Origin: Podarcis tiliguerta
Lineage: Eukaryota
Assembly: GCA_965153285.1 (NCBI GenBank)
Contig: OZ229111.1
Reading direction: 5' to 3' (one strand)
DNA length: 64,000 bases
How positions within the stretch are numbered: the first letter of the stretch is position 1; every line of letters begins with the position of its first letter. The notes under the pieces were generated by a model. The model was given only the letters and a program-made list of their open reading frames with translations, was not told the origin of the DNA and ran no database searches. Below, one piece after another: positions 1 to 13,600 of this stretch. The position numbers and the translations under genes were made by a program.

Positions 1-437
1 GAAACTGATAAACAGACTGGGAGTAGACAGGAAGTTTAAAGAGAAACTCTGCGTCCCCTATTTTTGTCACAAGCAGGAAGTATTGCATATATTACTCCCC
101 GCCCCCCAGCAACATCTTGTATGCCCTCCTGCTGTGGAATGTGATTGCAGTAGAAGTTGATGGATGGATGTTTAGCAAGATATAGCATCACTTCATTCTA
201 CCTACCCTGAAGGATGGGAAATGGAGGAAGCATTCTGCCAAGGGTTATTCCCCTGAAGTTGGTTGTCCTGGCCCAGAGATGACCTCGCTGTCAATCCATG
301 GACTTGAGTTTTGTGTACTAAACAGAGAAACAGGATATGCTAAAGAAACCTATGCTTAAGAGATCTGTTTCATGACACAGTGTATCACTTCTACTTGCCT
401 AAACACATAATCTAGGGGAATCCCAGTAATCAGAGCA

Positions 438-480
<43 letters not shown>

Positions 481-481
481 T
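438..481. repeat. Compound microsatellite (GT)n(GA)n
   Basis: Seen directly. Confidence 0.95.
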
Positions 482-3400
482 GCTTTTTCAAGGGGAAGCA
501 GGGGTACACCTAAACATTTTGTGAATCCACGTTTGACCTCATTGAGGGGCAGTATTTCAATGAGTAGGAAAATTAGAGTACCCCTAAACATTTTTTTAGA
601 AAAAAGGACTGACTGATTTTGTGTGTGTGTGTGTATTCTCATTGTTGGCCTGGAAACAAGTAGGTTATATGTGATATTAAGCACAATATTAGTTTTCAGA
701 TCTGTGTGTTCATTGTTGTGGTCCTCAAATCCACTTTCACTGCTTGAAGTGGAAAACTTCGGGTTGTGATGACTTCATGTCAGACATCCCCTCTTATTAC
801 ATTTTACTTGGAGAGAAAAGCAGAGGAGATGCAGGCTACTGTTTTGGACGGGTGCAATATCTCTCCCATAATGTGCAGTTCTGTGCTCAGTGCTGCTCCA
901 ATAAAAAGAAATTGGGGGAGGGGGAGAGCACAGAAGTGCTATGAAGCCCAGTGGCAACATAGTCAATAGCTTTTTAAAGAACAAAAATCCAAAAAATACA
1001 CCTCCACCTTTACTGGAAAGGAGTAGGCCTTGGGATGTCATAACCTGTTAAGTACAGAGCAAACATCACTCAGTGAAGCACACTCTTCCTATGGAATGTG
1101 TGTCAGGCATGCACCTGCTCTGGAGGCATGAGTCATGTGGAATTTAAGTGACAGGGCTTGGCTGGTGATTGTTAAGTAACTCAGCAGCCTGTTTGTTCTG
1201 CATCACCTTTGTAATCATTAGTACTTTGTACACCTGCAGTAGAAATTCCAATCACTCTACAATTAGGTCTGTAGCAAGAGAAATATTTAATTCCTTACCA
1301 CTAAAACCTACAGATGCTAGAAGGGCAACCAGTTGTTTCTACTGTTGTTGTAAGACTCTGTCAGCAATGTGGATAAAAAAGACTATGGACTCAAGTATCT
1401 TGTATCGGCCCCAAGCTCTCACTTATAATCATTTCATTAGGGGAAATAGGGAGGGGGGCTTGCAAAGTGAGGACCTTAAGGCTTCCCAGGCGCTGACATC
1501 CTACCCAGGCACACATTGCATGTATGAATGGTTTAGTGAGCTTACTTTCTGTTCTGCAGTCTATCAGTAATGGGTGTTGGTGGTGTAATATGGAAAGAGA
1601 TAGAATTCATATTTGAGAATAAAGTTATCTGCTTTATCCTCTTTCCTGTTAACTTGCTGTCTCAGTTTTAAAAAAAGGTTTCCCCCACCATGCATAGAGA
1701 GAGCCAGAGAGCATTAGCAAGTAGATCTATCCTCTGACATATTGATCCAAAAGTGAAACATTTTTACGGAGTACAGGTTTCAAGTGCATGGTGGCAGCAA
1801 CATGATGCCATTTGCTTTGGATACGGAGGACACTGAATGTAGGATAGTGCGGTCAGTTGATCAGGAAAACAATTGTCCCAGCTATTCATTGTGTGAAGAG
1901 GTAAAGCTTTTCCTGGAACAGAAAACATTTTTGCTACCAAACGCCACAAACCTGGAAGTGAGTGTCCCAGTTTGTGAACATTCTTTGGAAGCTGAATGTC
2001 CGATGCAGCTTCCACAGCTTCCAGTTGCGTGCAGGAAGCTCCTGCAGCCAATTGGAAACCACGCCTTGGTTATCAAACATTTTGGAAGTCAAACAGACTT
2101 CAGGAACAGATTCTGTTCGACTTCCGAGGTACAACTGAATTTGCTTCTGTGCCACATAATGCCTTTTGTACTCTTGAAGATAGATAGACAGATGAATGTG
2201 TTTTGTCTTTGGTACTTATTGCCTCCCAAATAAAACTTGTCCTGTGAAAACAACTCAGGCTGCAATCCTAGAGATACTAACTAGGGAGTAAACCCCACCG
2301 GATACAGGAGGACATAAGTCCAACTACATATTGAGAGGGTTGCACTAAGTTTTGTGGCACCTTTAAGGCTAATGCTTAATTGCCTTGTGGCATAATATTT
2401 CTGCCACAGGACATTAGTGTCTATAAGCCACCACAATACTTCACCCCTCTCTCTCCTCCTGCCTCCCCCTCCTTTATACTGAAGCAGCTTAATGTGGCTA
2501 CTTCTCTGGAATTTGTTCTGTGAAATCCCCTTACATTCTATGCCGCTCAGGAATGGGGGAATGCAAGGATGGAGTAAATACATTTTCAGCTGAAAGCTAT
2601 TTATTTGTGTTGCTGGGCCAGATGCTGCATTGCCTGCTTGGTGGTTCATTATTGTGCTCTAGCCTGTCATACCAGGGCTCAGTTGGAGGGAATCATATTT
2701 AAATTAGTTTTTTTTAAAAAAAAGCTTGGTGGGTCAGCACTATGGGCACAGATACTGCTGGAATGTCCTTTGATTTGGCTTTATTTGTATTGCCTGCTGG
2801 TTCATTGTATTTGCTCAGAAGTTAATGAGGAAACTTGGCCAGTCAGAAGTATCTTTCTTGATTGCTAGGACACTTTTTAAATAACTGCTGGGTGCAGGGG
2901 ACTTCACTACTTCTTACACACCCACACCCACCCACCCAACACTCTCTTTGTGTTTGCTTTTAAATCTACGTGTGTGTTTTCTTAAGGATACATTTCACAG
3001 CCTTTCATAAAATCTCTTGTGCACACAAAATATTTGTCAATTACTAATAAAGGAATAACAAGCAAACAGTTACAATCAATTCATGGTTCCTTGCTGAAAG
3101 TTAATTGGGCAGCATATACTTTTGGAAATATACGAGCCTACTCAGAAGTAAACCCCATTTAATTCAATGAGATTTAATCCAAATGTAAGCAGACTCAGGA
3201 TTGCAGTCTATGAGTCAGTGCTTGCATATAATGGAAACTACTGTATGCATGCCAGTCTTTTGGTTATATGGGGAAACATAAGCTACATAAATCAGAACTG
3301 TGGATATTAAAAAGCATAAACAAACATACTTCAAATAACTCATTCATTTGTTGACAAAACCAGTTGCAGCAGGACACTGTGAGCAATGCTAGAAATGGAG

Positions 3401-3660
3401 CTCTGGGCGGATGGTTCATAGCAACCAGTGTTGCCTAGCAGACATGTAGCAATGTTTTAAACTAGGCGTGTAGGTGAAAGCAATGTTGTTTTCTTCTTCC
3501 TGTGCAAGATCTTCCCCAGTTTGGACTTGGCCCCTTGCAGAGATATGCTAGTGTGGCAACTGCTGAGCAAACACAAATAATGTGAACAAATGAAGGATGC
3601 TCCAAGGTACTTGCATTCCTGAGCCCTACTAGTTATAGGACTACAGTTGTGGCCCTATGT

Positions 3661-4050
3661 CAGGGGTCAGCAAACTTACTGTGCCTCGGGCCGGTGTCTC
3701 CAGTGCCGATTGTGCAGCGGGCCAGAGGGTGGGAGAGCGTGTGCCCATACGTGTGCACACACACTATTTCCGGTGCAATTCCAGGTTGGAGCACCAGAAA
3801 TAGCTTGTGCGCATGTGCATGGTCCTCCTCCAACCCAGTTGTGCACCAGAAATGCTTGAGCATGCGCAAAGAACGCTTGTGCATGTGCACAAGCTATTTC
3901 TGGTGTTCCTCCGACCCGGAAGTGGGCAGCTGTGCAGCGCAGGGCCGGTAGTAGTAGACGGCAGCAGCAGGTGGCGGGGGTCGCTGCAGGCAGGATAAAC
4001 GAGTCCCTTGGGCCTTATCCGGCCCGTGGGCCTTAGTTTGGGGACCGCTG
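3661..4050. mobile_element. Non-autonomous hAT transposon
   Basis: TIR caggggtcagcaaact / agtttggggaccgctg; perfect 8-bp TSD ccctatgt (3653-3660 and 4051-4058). Confidence 0.9.
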
Positions 4051-4548
4051 CCCTATGTTAAGGGTGAACTGGCTGAATAACATTCTGCCATTATAATGAG
4101 AAATGGTAGGGGCAGTAGGTTCTATGGATTAAAGTGAGGAAATCGTTCGCCTACCTAATATGTAACAAGTCTGCATAGAAGAAGAAATTCCGAGGGTGAT
4201 CTGTGCCAAATTTGGAAAGGGGATAAAAAATGGCTTGTTTTGAATTAGTTAAACATTTGATGAATGACTTCATGAATTCATTCTCCTACAAGACCTTGCT
4301 GGGGTGGTTTTTCCAGAAACATTTATCTGTTTTCAGTGCATGTTTTGGGAAACGTTTAGATCAAGGTGAAAAACTACTGCATGCTTTTGTCTAATAGTAG
4401 TGTAATATGATTGTAACATGTATTCTTTTGTGGCCAATAATAATCAGCTGGAATTCAGAAGGGTGTCCAAGGCACTTGCTTCATACCAACTTGATAGTTG
4501 AGAGAAGATGAAGAAAAGGGGGGAGGGTTTGAACAGAATTCCATGGCT

Positions 4549-4607
4549 GAGAGTGGATGAGAGTCAGGTGGATGAGAGTCAGAAAAGGTGGATGAGAGTC
4601 AGAAAAG
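4549..4607. repeat. Short minisatellite (gtggatgagagtcag +/- aaaag) x3
   Basis: Seen directly. Confidence 0.8.
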
Positions 4608-4839
4608 TTTAGGATGGGGCAGGGAAAAGAGCTCTCCCTCATCTGGTGGAAAAGGGTCAGAATCAACAGTGTCATATCTCAGGTTCTACAAAAGTTAGAA
4701 TATGGGGATTGTGGTTCATCCAGGGAGTCAGCTGTCCCAATCGCCTTTTTTGAATACGTACTGGTCTGTGCTGAATTTGGGAAGTGGCAGCACAATTCAC
4801 TGTGCCCAAAAACTTTCTCCTGCAGGTGCCAAGTGCTGC

Positions 4840-5810
4840 AGATGGACTATGTTATATACTACTGTGCAGGCAGTACACATTTTCAGCTTTAGTGATGTGG
4901 GATTCCCCTGAAGACTCAAAGTGGCGCTGCCTTCAAAAAGAGCTCAGAAACTTTCAACTGTCTCAAAGAGCTGCAGCCAGACTATTGCTGGGTCTGGTTA
5001 TGGGAAGCATACGACTATCTTGTTCCAACAGCTCCATGGGTACCACCCTATTTCTGGACGCAAGGGAAAGTGTTGGTTGTGACCTATAAAGCCCCAATGC
5101 AACTTAGATCTAGGCCATCTGAAAAATTGTATTCCCTCATACAAACTTGCCCATGCTCCAAGATCTTTAAGGGAAGTCCTCTCAGCCCCACCTATATGCT
5201 CACAGGCATGCATGGTAGGGATATAGGAGAGGGCCTTCTCAGTGGCTGCCCCAGACTTTGAACTTTTCTAGAGAAGTTAGACTGTCCTCCTGCCAGCGGG
5301 TGAAGACCTTTCTATTTCAACAGGTCTTTTGGAATGGACTGTTTTTGAGGAAAGGGCTGGTGCTGTAATATTTTTAATGTTACAGCGGTACCTCGGGTTA
5401 CATACGCTTCAGGTTACATACACTTCAGGTTACATACGCTTCAGGTTACAGACTCCGCTAACGCAGAAATAGTACCTTGGGGTTAAGAACTTTGCTTCAG
5501 GATGAGAACAGAAATCACATGGCAGCAGCGTGGCAGCAGCAGGAGGCCCCATTAGCTAAAGTGGTGCTTCAGGTTAAGAACAGTTTCAGGTTAAGTACAG
5601 ACCTCCGGAACGAATTAAGTACTTAATCCGAGGTACCACTGTGCTGTCTGTATTTAATGGATTTTAAAATACTATTTTAATTCTGTTAGTGTTTAATTAC
5701 AATTTAATGATTGTTTTCCCCGTTGTTTTTAGCAGGTTTTATTTTATCTGTGTAAGCCACCTTGAGTCCTAGACTGAGAAAAATGTGAAACATAAACAAA
5801 CAACAACAAA
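4840..5810 (+). mobile_element. Old degenerate L2 LINE 3' fragment, interrupted by the MITE at 5383-5641
   Basis: Frame remnants LRNFQLSQRAAARLL and VLVVTYKA resemble the L2 ORF at 38.9 kb. L2-type end gtaagccaccttgag…aaacaaacaacaac. Boundaries approximate. Confidence 0.7.
5383..5641. mobile_element. Tc1/mariner-type MITE family A, copy 1
   Basis: TIR cag(t/c)ggtacctcgggtta…cgaggtaccactg; flanked by TA and TG. Confidence 0.88.
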
Positions 5811-6014
5811 CATCTGTGTCCTGATAACTCAGTCAGGAAACAATGAAATCTTGCATGTCCCCAATTCTTTCACACCATTAATTTGTAGTTAGTTGGTAGG
5901 TTAAGATCCAATATGAAATCAACCATGGCTCAACTGATGAAAATAAGATCAAAGTTCTCAAGTCACTTCAAGCCCATGAGTCTTTCAAGGTTCTCAAAAT
6001 AGCAGAACATTGTA

Positions 6015-6256
6015 CAGTGGTACCTCAGGTTAAGTACTTAATTCGTTCCGGAGGTCCGTTCTTAACCTGAAACTGTTCTTAACCTGAAGCACCACTTTAG
6101 CTAATGGGGCCTGCTGCTGCTGCCGCGCTGCAGGAGCACAATTTCTGTTCTCATCCTGAAGCAAAGTTCTTAACCCAAGGTACTATTTCTGGGTTAGCGG
6201 AGTCTGTAACCTGAAGCATATGTAACCTGAAGCGTCTGTAACCCGAGGTACCACTG
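6015..6256. mobile_element. Tc1/mariner-type MITE family A, copy 2 (inverted relative to copy 1)
   Basis: Same TIRs; TA TSD on both sides. Confidence 0.9.
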
Positions 6257-6758
6257 TACTGTTCTGACTGTGGCAGAAGCAACATAGGCTGAGAAACTTA
6301 GCATCATAAAAATAGTCATTTGCCCTGTGGAATGATTACACTAAATCAGAGATTTACAGAAGATAGAGTTAACATTTTCCACATTTGCCAATACAAAATC
6401 CAGAGTTTCCATGAAGTGTACTAAAATGAGGAAATGCTCATTGTTGGGACTTAAAGAAAATATGCTCTGTATTTGTAAATACATGCTTCTTGTCACAAGA
6501 CATCTGGAATATATTAGTTGCTTCATTTAGTGACCCTCCAGTCATGCCGACATCCAGTTCTGTCCGTTTCCCATGGCTGAGCAAAATGCTTATCTTAAGA
6601 CTTTTCTTTATAACTTTTAAACAACAAAACTCCCTAGTTGCATTATTAAATATGTTTAAACATGTTTTGCTACATCAAGGTAATTTTTTATGTCAGTCTT
6701 CATGGAATCATGCAGTGGGACTTCTCTATTCAATATAGAACTACCTGTAACTTTACTA

Positions 6759-7063
6759 GGGCTTATCCACACTTACCTTTTGCCTTGCTCTTTGCAGGCA
6801 GAGGTTTGCGCTTTAAAGCTCTGTGTCTGAGTGCTACTTTCTTACTGCTCCAGAGCTTTTCCCACAAAAACCTGCTCTTGAAAGCTGAGGCACAACAAAT
6901 GACAATTCAGGTTTTCCATGGATTGCTGTTTGCTCCCATTCAGCTTTAGAGAGCAGGTTTTCACAGGGAAAGCTTCGGAACAAAAATAAAATGGCACTCA
7001 CAAAGCTTTAAAGCGCAAACCATGCCTGGAAAAAGCAGAGGGAACGTAAGTGTAGATAAGCCC
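6759..7063. mobile_element. PIF/Harbinger-type MITE, whole-length imperfect palindrome
   Basis: TIR gggcttatccacactt / aagtgtagataagccc; 3-bp TSD cta/cta. Confidence 0.8.
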
Positions 7064-10000
7064 CTAGGGCTTGGTATAACTTGGTGGTGGTGCTAAAGCA
7101 GCAGGAAAAGCTACTTCTGCAAAAAAAAATCCCATGTGCAAAGGAATAAAAGGTACAGGAGCTCCAGGATTTGCTGAATATGACCGAGGTGTGGAGGGCA
7201 ATTCCTTATCTGAAGATCTTGGAAAACTGTAATAAAATGAAGTAGGATAATTCTAAGAATCTTCACGAGACTGCATTTGCAATGACCTTTGAACAGAGGA
7301 TATCTACAAGAACCTACTTCAGTCATCACATATTAGCAAACGTGTAGATGCACTTGGAGGAAGTAGCCAGATTCTGAATCAGTCACTTCCAAGCTTATGC
7401 CTTGCTGAAATGGCATGTTTGCTGCCTGCATTTGTTTACAGTTTAAAGGTAATGTAATGCGTGAAGCAGCCTTCTTTAAAAGTTAGATTGTGAGAAAAAG
7501 GTTATAATCCTTCTTAGGACAATGTCACATTTTTGTTAACCTAGCAAATACATCTTTTAAAAAAGTATTAAATGACTTTCACATGTGTTTAGTGCAGATG
7601 GGTCCAGAGACAATGTCTGGCTTGCCTTCACATATTTTTGATTAATTTATACATGTTTACACAATCAGTATTCAAATATGTTGGCAAACAGTCACCTACT
7701 AAACCACAATTTCCCCCCCAATGAAACTAGCAAATACTAGCAACACCTTAGTATTGTTTTGGAGGCAAGTGTTTCTCTTCAACTATTTATGCCTGTGTGA
7801 TGATTGGTTGAATAAAATAAAAACAAATCAGGCTTCTTTAATGTGAATGAGAATTCTGTCTAGTGTATGTTTACATTAGATGTACCACTTTAAGGAAAAA
7901 CACTTTATGCCTTATAAATGCAAATGCAATTACTTTTGCATGTGATTGTTCATTGCTTAAGCCCCTTTTCCACTAAATTTCAGTAACCAACAACATTTGG
8001 TGATGGAGGGGCTGTAACAGGGATGGCTTATGGCTTGAGAGTTTCCCTGTCATCTTTGCTTTTGATTTGCAACAGAGAGCCTCTGAAATGAAAGGTTCAG
8101 GCTACTGTTTTCAATGAACAATGAATCTCCGCCCCATATGTGTATGGCAATTATCTTATACATCTTGAAGTAGTTCTTCTATTTGACAGTTTCATATTCC
8201 TGAAAGGCAGCATAGTACTGTAGTTAAGAGACTAAATCACGAACCAGCAAGTGCTTAGTTAAAAACTTCACCTTTACAAGAAGCTCATCTTGTGGCCTAC
8301 GGCAAGCTGAACATTGCAGTGAGCTTATTTCCAGTGCTGGACCACTAAATGCAACAATAAATATTAATGATTTGAAATCTAAATTGATCAAATACATGGT
8401 TTGGAGAAATTGTACAAGTTCACTTAGGCTGTGGGAGGTATTCTGTTTATCTCCAAAATTGAGAAACCAGGTTGCTGGTGATTAGCCAACAGTGTGTTTC
8501 TTGAATGTCCAATTTCAAACTCTGAACAGAATACAAAACCTATTCCATCACATCTACTACTAGGCTTGAGGTTTTGTGAATGTTGAAAAAATAGATTTAA
8601 GAGATTTAATTCAAAAGTTAATGTGAAAAAAGTTTTACAAGAAAATTAGGCCCAGTTTCATTATTATGCTTAGTGCAGAACTTGGTATCACAATGAACAC
8701 AGCTTTAGGACTGTGTGAAAAAGAATCATCTTCATCAACATCTCTCAAAGAGGGAAAGCTCTTTGGAATCTTTGACAAGACTGCCACCATGTGGTTTCAT
8801 AGTAATGGTACACCACCAAAAGAAAAAGGGATACTAACATTTAACATTGACTATAGGAATGACTGAGATCAGCAACAAAGCTTGTTTGGCCTGCAGTCAT
8901 TTAGGGATCAAAAACAGTTCACTGCTCATTTTTAAGCTTAAATACAAATTTACCTTCCCTCTCCTGCTTTTCCTTGATTATATAAAAGGAAAATCTGAAT
9001 TAGTCACCCAATAACATAGATCAGATAACTGAATTATTTTTTTGGAAACGAAGCTGAATATCAAAAGAATTATTGTACAAAAAGCATAAATGTGCTGGCA
9101 GTCTCCAATAAAGAAGTTAGGAAGGTAAGATTGTTTTCTGATCTTCTCCCCGCTCCTTTCTGCTGAGGTCCCTCTGATTGTGACAACTGCTGATGGAACA
9201 ATGGATGAAATTAACAGGTTCCTAAGCCAGCCCTACCATTAGGCAAACTGAGACAGTTGCCCCAAGGAATAGATGCTGAGGGCAAGAAGTGATGGGACAA
9301 TGTAGGAGAACAGAGATGTGTGTACCACATGGCCTGCCCTGCACCTCCCGTTAGCCTGTTGCCCAAAGGTGTGTTGGAGGACGCCATCCTCTAGCTAGCA
9401 ATTTTAGTGCAGAATCTTAATTATTGTTGTTATTATAAACCCTGATCATAGGCTTGCCTTTATTTATATATAGTTATTTTGTCATGGCATTTTGGCAGAA
9501 TGGTCCCTAACTTAGGATTTTATGCCTTTTCCAGTTCAAACAACCCTATTAATGACAATAACATGTTGGGGTCTACTATAATTAGAAATCCATCTATATC
9601 CCAGTCTAGAATTAAGGATAGTGCATAATAGATCTTAAAGGGCAACTAATAAGTTAGAATTAGCCAACAATAAATTAAGAATTTTATTGTAAGGAGCATT
9701 CATCCACCAAGTGACTTGATATTTTACCTGGAATTACCTGGGCTTCTTGTATTTACCCAGAATCAATGCGCTTGTATTTTGGTAACTTCTTTTCTGTTTC
9801 CAAGCATCTTTGATATGTTTTTACAGACAATATTACTAGAAAACAAATCACTACAGTAAACATATTGTTAAGGATTTGTGGGGTGCCTGGATTCCCTTTC
9901 AAATTTCTGGATACCAAACATTGGGTTTAGCATGGTAAAATACAGGCGAAATCTGTATTCCTGTGTCTGAATGGCCGAGTTGTTAAGCAAACAAAGACAG

Positions 10001-10299
10001 GTTGGTGACTCATCAAGGAAGCCATCAACAAAGCAAAGACTCTCTGCCAGATGCAGAGGGGTGGAGTCCCATCCTGGGCTAGAGATAGTTAGCAGGAGAC
10101 AAAAGGCAGAGTTGCAGGAGGGAGGGGCATAACTGGAGTGGGGAATGATGCATTTTAGCAGCTGGAAAAAGCAGGGGTTACCACACCAGGGGGGCTGGCA
10201 GTTTTAGATCCAATGCTGCAGCCATGAGAAAGAGAGAACCTGCTTTGAATGTAATGCTTTGCACCCCTCTACAGCAGGCTCAGGTTGTATATAGTAGAG

Positions 10300-10435
10300 C
10301 AGGCTTCCTCAGACTCGGCCCTCTAGATGTTTTTGGCCTACAACTCCCATGATCCCTAGCTAGCAGGATCAGTGGTCAGGGATGATGAGAATTGTAGTCT
10401 CAAAACATCTGGAGGGCTGGGTTTGAGGAAGCCTG
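10300..10435. mobile_element. Palindromic hAT MITE (MER20-like)
   Basis: TIR caggcttcctca / tgaggaagcctg; 8-bp TSD tagtagag (10292-10299; right copy displaced to 10697-10704). Confidence 0.9.
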
Positions 10436-10437
10436 TA

Positions 10438-10696
10438 CAGTGGTTACATACGCTTCAGGTTACCTCGGGTTACATACGCTTCAGGTTACATACGCTTCAG
10501 GTTACAGACTCCGCTAACCCAGAAATAGTACCTCGGGTTAAGAACTTTGCTTCAGGATGAGAACAGAAATTGCGCTCCGGCGGCGCAGCAGCAGCGGGAG
10601 GCCCCATTAGCTAAAGTGGTACTTCAGGTTAAGAACAGCTTCAGGTTAAGAACGGACCTCTGGAATGAATTAAGTACTTAACCCGAGGTACCACTG
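10438..10696. mobile_element. Tc1/mariner-type MITE family A, copy 3
   Basis: Same body and TA TSD; left TIR disrupted by an extra 16-bp unit. Confidence 0.9.
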
Positions 10697-13600
10697 TAGT
10701 AGAGTGTGACTAGAGAGGCAGAAAGGGTGCTAACAGTTGAATCTTAAGCATGAAGCAGAAGATAAAACATGTTTCGAGTGTGTTGGGGGAGGATTCTGCT
10801 GCGTGCCAAGACGCTTCTAATTCCTGGATCCAGCAAGTGTTAAAATCTAGGCAAGGATTTAAATACCTTGACTAGCCAGGCTATCTTCCTAGGGAGGCAA
10901 TAACCTAAGTATGGGTCGTTAAGGTAACAAAGGAAGTGGCTTTGTGCCGGATAGAAAATTGGAGTGGTCTCCCTCTCTCAACTCTGGTAGTCAGGAAGAC
11001 AAAGGCCAGAGTTGATGGCTGAGTTATGGGAGCGAGAAGCTCAACAAAAACTCATCTGGTATCTTAAATGGATTTTGGGCTGGGATTTGTAGTAACAACC
11101 TAATTCACATGGCTGTTTTAGTTATAGAAATCTGTTAACCAGTTCTGTGCAATGCTTATGTTTCATTGCCATTATTGCCCTCATGCACACTTAGTAGCTT
11201 ATATACATGTATTCCTTCAATTTCAGTAGCATACATGCATGAAGCCCATTCTATTAGCTATTGAAGGAAAGTTGATTCCTTCTTTTCTGAAGTGCTGCAT
11301 CCAACAAATAATTCAATATTGTCCTTATGCACGCTAATTATTGACTTAGACTTATCTGTATCCATCCACTAGGCACCCACTTTGCTAGAACTTTAGCTCA
11401 AGGTTCCTTATAAAAAGGTGTTTAATAGCATCCAATTTGAATGGATTTCTTTTTGCTGTTTGTAAACTTTATTTCTGCCTACATTCTTCTGTGGTTGCAA
11501 TCATTTCTAAAATATGCATGTCAGATAATAAAGATTACATATTACTTTAAACAATAAGTTGTGAGATACCTTGGGGATCACATGGTTAAAAGGTAAGGTA
11601 GAAAATCTTTAAAGAAAAATGTTAACTACATCTCAGTGAAAACCAAATTCACCCTGTGTGATGCTACGCTCAATAGGCTTTTCGTTCTTGCCAAGTGAAA
11701 GGTGTTTGGAAAGGTAGTTACAGTACTTGCTTCTTGAAGAATCGTACGGCACCAGATAGCTGACCTAGCAAGGAAACAGAACAAGGAATGCAGAAAAATC
11801 CTTTTAAACTACTGGACTACTTACATTCAGTGACACTGCCGTCTGAACATTACTTAATGGTAGGCCTCTTAGGCCCTGCTGGTAAAATATCTACACAAAG
11901 GAGTTAAACAGATTGTTGAGTGATAGGCTCTGTAGGTATACAAGAATTACTAAAACAATAGTTCTTATTTCAACTTCCTGTCAGGGCCAATATGCCTCCT
12001 GCTTTCTGCTTCACATAGGTTCTTCGATTGTCTCTTGCTACATCCCCTCCAACTAATTCAAACTGCATGATGAACAGACTGTAAAAAGGCAAATATGAGA
12101 CAGAAGGAAACAACACATACCTTTCCTGAGTACATATCAATTTAAGGCAGGAAAACAATAAGCAGAACAATGGTGCCTTTCTTTTCCTCTAATACCGCAA
12201 AGTGTCCTCAACAACTTGCCACAGAAAACTGTGGTGTGATTGCTGCCTGGGTGGGATCTCTTTGCACCTGTGCTGGAAGGAGAATAGGCTTAAGGCCAAC
12301 ATTCCAAGCAGCTGCCAACCATTTAGCTCACCTGTGCAATCTACAGGTTGTGTCAGCTGAAGCTGAGGTAAAGTTCAACACAAGCTTGTAGGAGAATCCT
12401 GTTCAGTGCAGCACACAAGCAGTCTGGGAAGTTGGAGGGTGGCTATACTTTTCCTCTTTCTATTTTCTTCACAGGATTGCAACACTTGCTCCCCTCTGCT
12501 TGACAAAGAGATTGGCTGCCCATATTCTGTGTGAGGTAGAAAGTGTTAGCAGCTCTTGTTTTATCTGCTGCTAAGTGGATGCTACTAATTGTTTGAGCCA
12601 GCTTTACTTGGTCTTCTCCCACTGTTTGTGCTGCTGCTTTCAGAAATGAACTATAAGCACTGGGTCAACCATGAGCAATGCACCTAGATGCTGTGACAGA
12701 TGCCCTGATATTATGGGGAAACACTGTGTTTGAAGCAACTATGAGGCTGGTTTGATTGAACTCCAGGAAATGCAAGGGATAATTACTATTTGGGTGTGTC
12801 TGTTTTGAAATCCCACATGGGCATAACCTACTGATAAACAAAACTTCCAAGAGACTGCGATCTACTCACATAAAAAAAACCTGGCAGCGATCTACCCCTT
12901 TTGGGGAGAGGTTCAGGTCAAAGTTGTTGAGCTTTTTTGACCTATTGGACATCCCTGCTCTATGACACCTATGGAGAGCAGCCTAAGGGCAAGCTGCACA
13001 GTACTTACTTTTCTGTCCTTGAACATCTGGCTACTGCTTCCCAGCATTTGCCACTTGAGGCTGCTGCCTCACTCTGCCTTATGAGAGGGCTGGTTCTCAT
13101 ATTTTATTTTAATACATGACACTCCAAGTAAAAAATCACGGGCATTTCTAAACATTTGCTTAAAGCAATTTAATAGCAATCTCCCACGGTAGCCCTGGGA
13201 ACTATGAGGGGTACTAGACATTTCACGAGTCATTCACCAATCCCAGGATTTGTTTGGAAAGCTGTGATAGTTTATATTGTAGTGTAAAATACAATTCCTC
13301 ATACATTACTATATTGCAGACTACTTTTCTGGGTTTATTGTTCTAACCAGGTAACCATATTTTCTTACGTTACAGCCACAGTGTAGAAGGCCAATTGAAC
13401 AGTTCCTGGATTTTAAAATCCAACGGAATGTATAGGGTGGGGGGGGGAAAGGAACATCTAAGAAAGAGGAAGACATTGCTAAGTTTGCACATGCTGCATA
13501 TTACCATGGACCGCTTTGTGCAATATAACACGGCAAACCTGTGAGTCATGAAGTGTACAGTCTTTGGGGAGCTCCAGGCAGTCCCAGAACACAAATATAT

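Noticed and set aside
5395-5450. 16-bp repeats (also 10441-10510 and 55075-55165) as a CRISPR-like array
   Set aside because: Head-to-tail units with no unique spacers, inside TIR-bounded MITEs in a eukaryotic genome.
9866-11100. Possible second solo LTR starting tgttaagg
   Set aside because: Composition is suggestive, but I found no matching …CA end with a duplicated target site.
12842-12957. hAT-like MITE ending ttggacatccctg
   Set aside because: Only one plausible TIR and no TSD; too weak to list as a feature.
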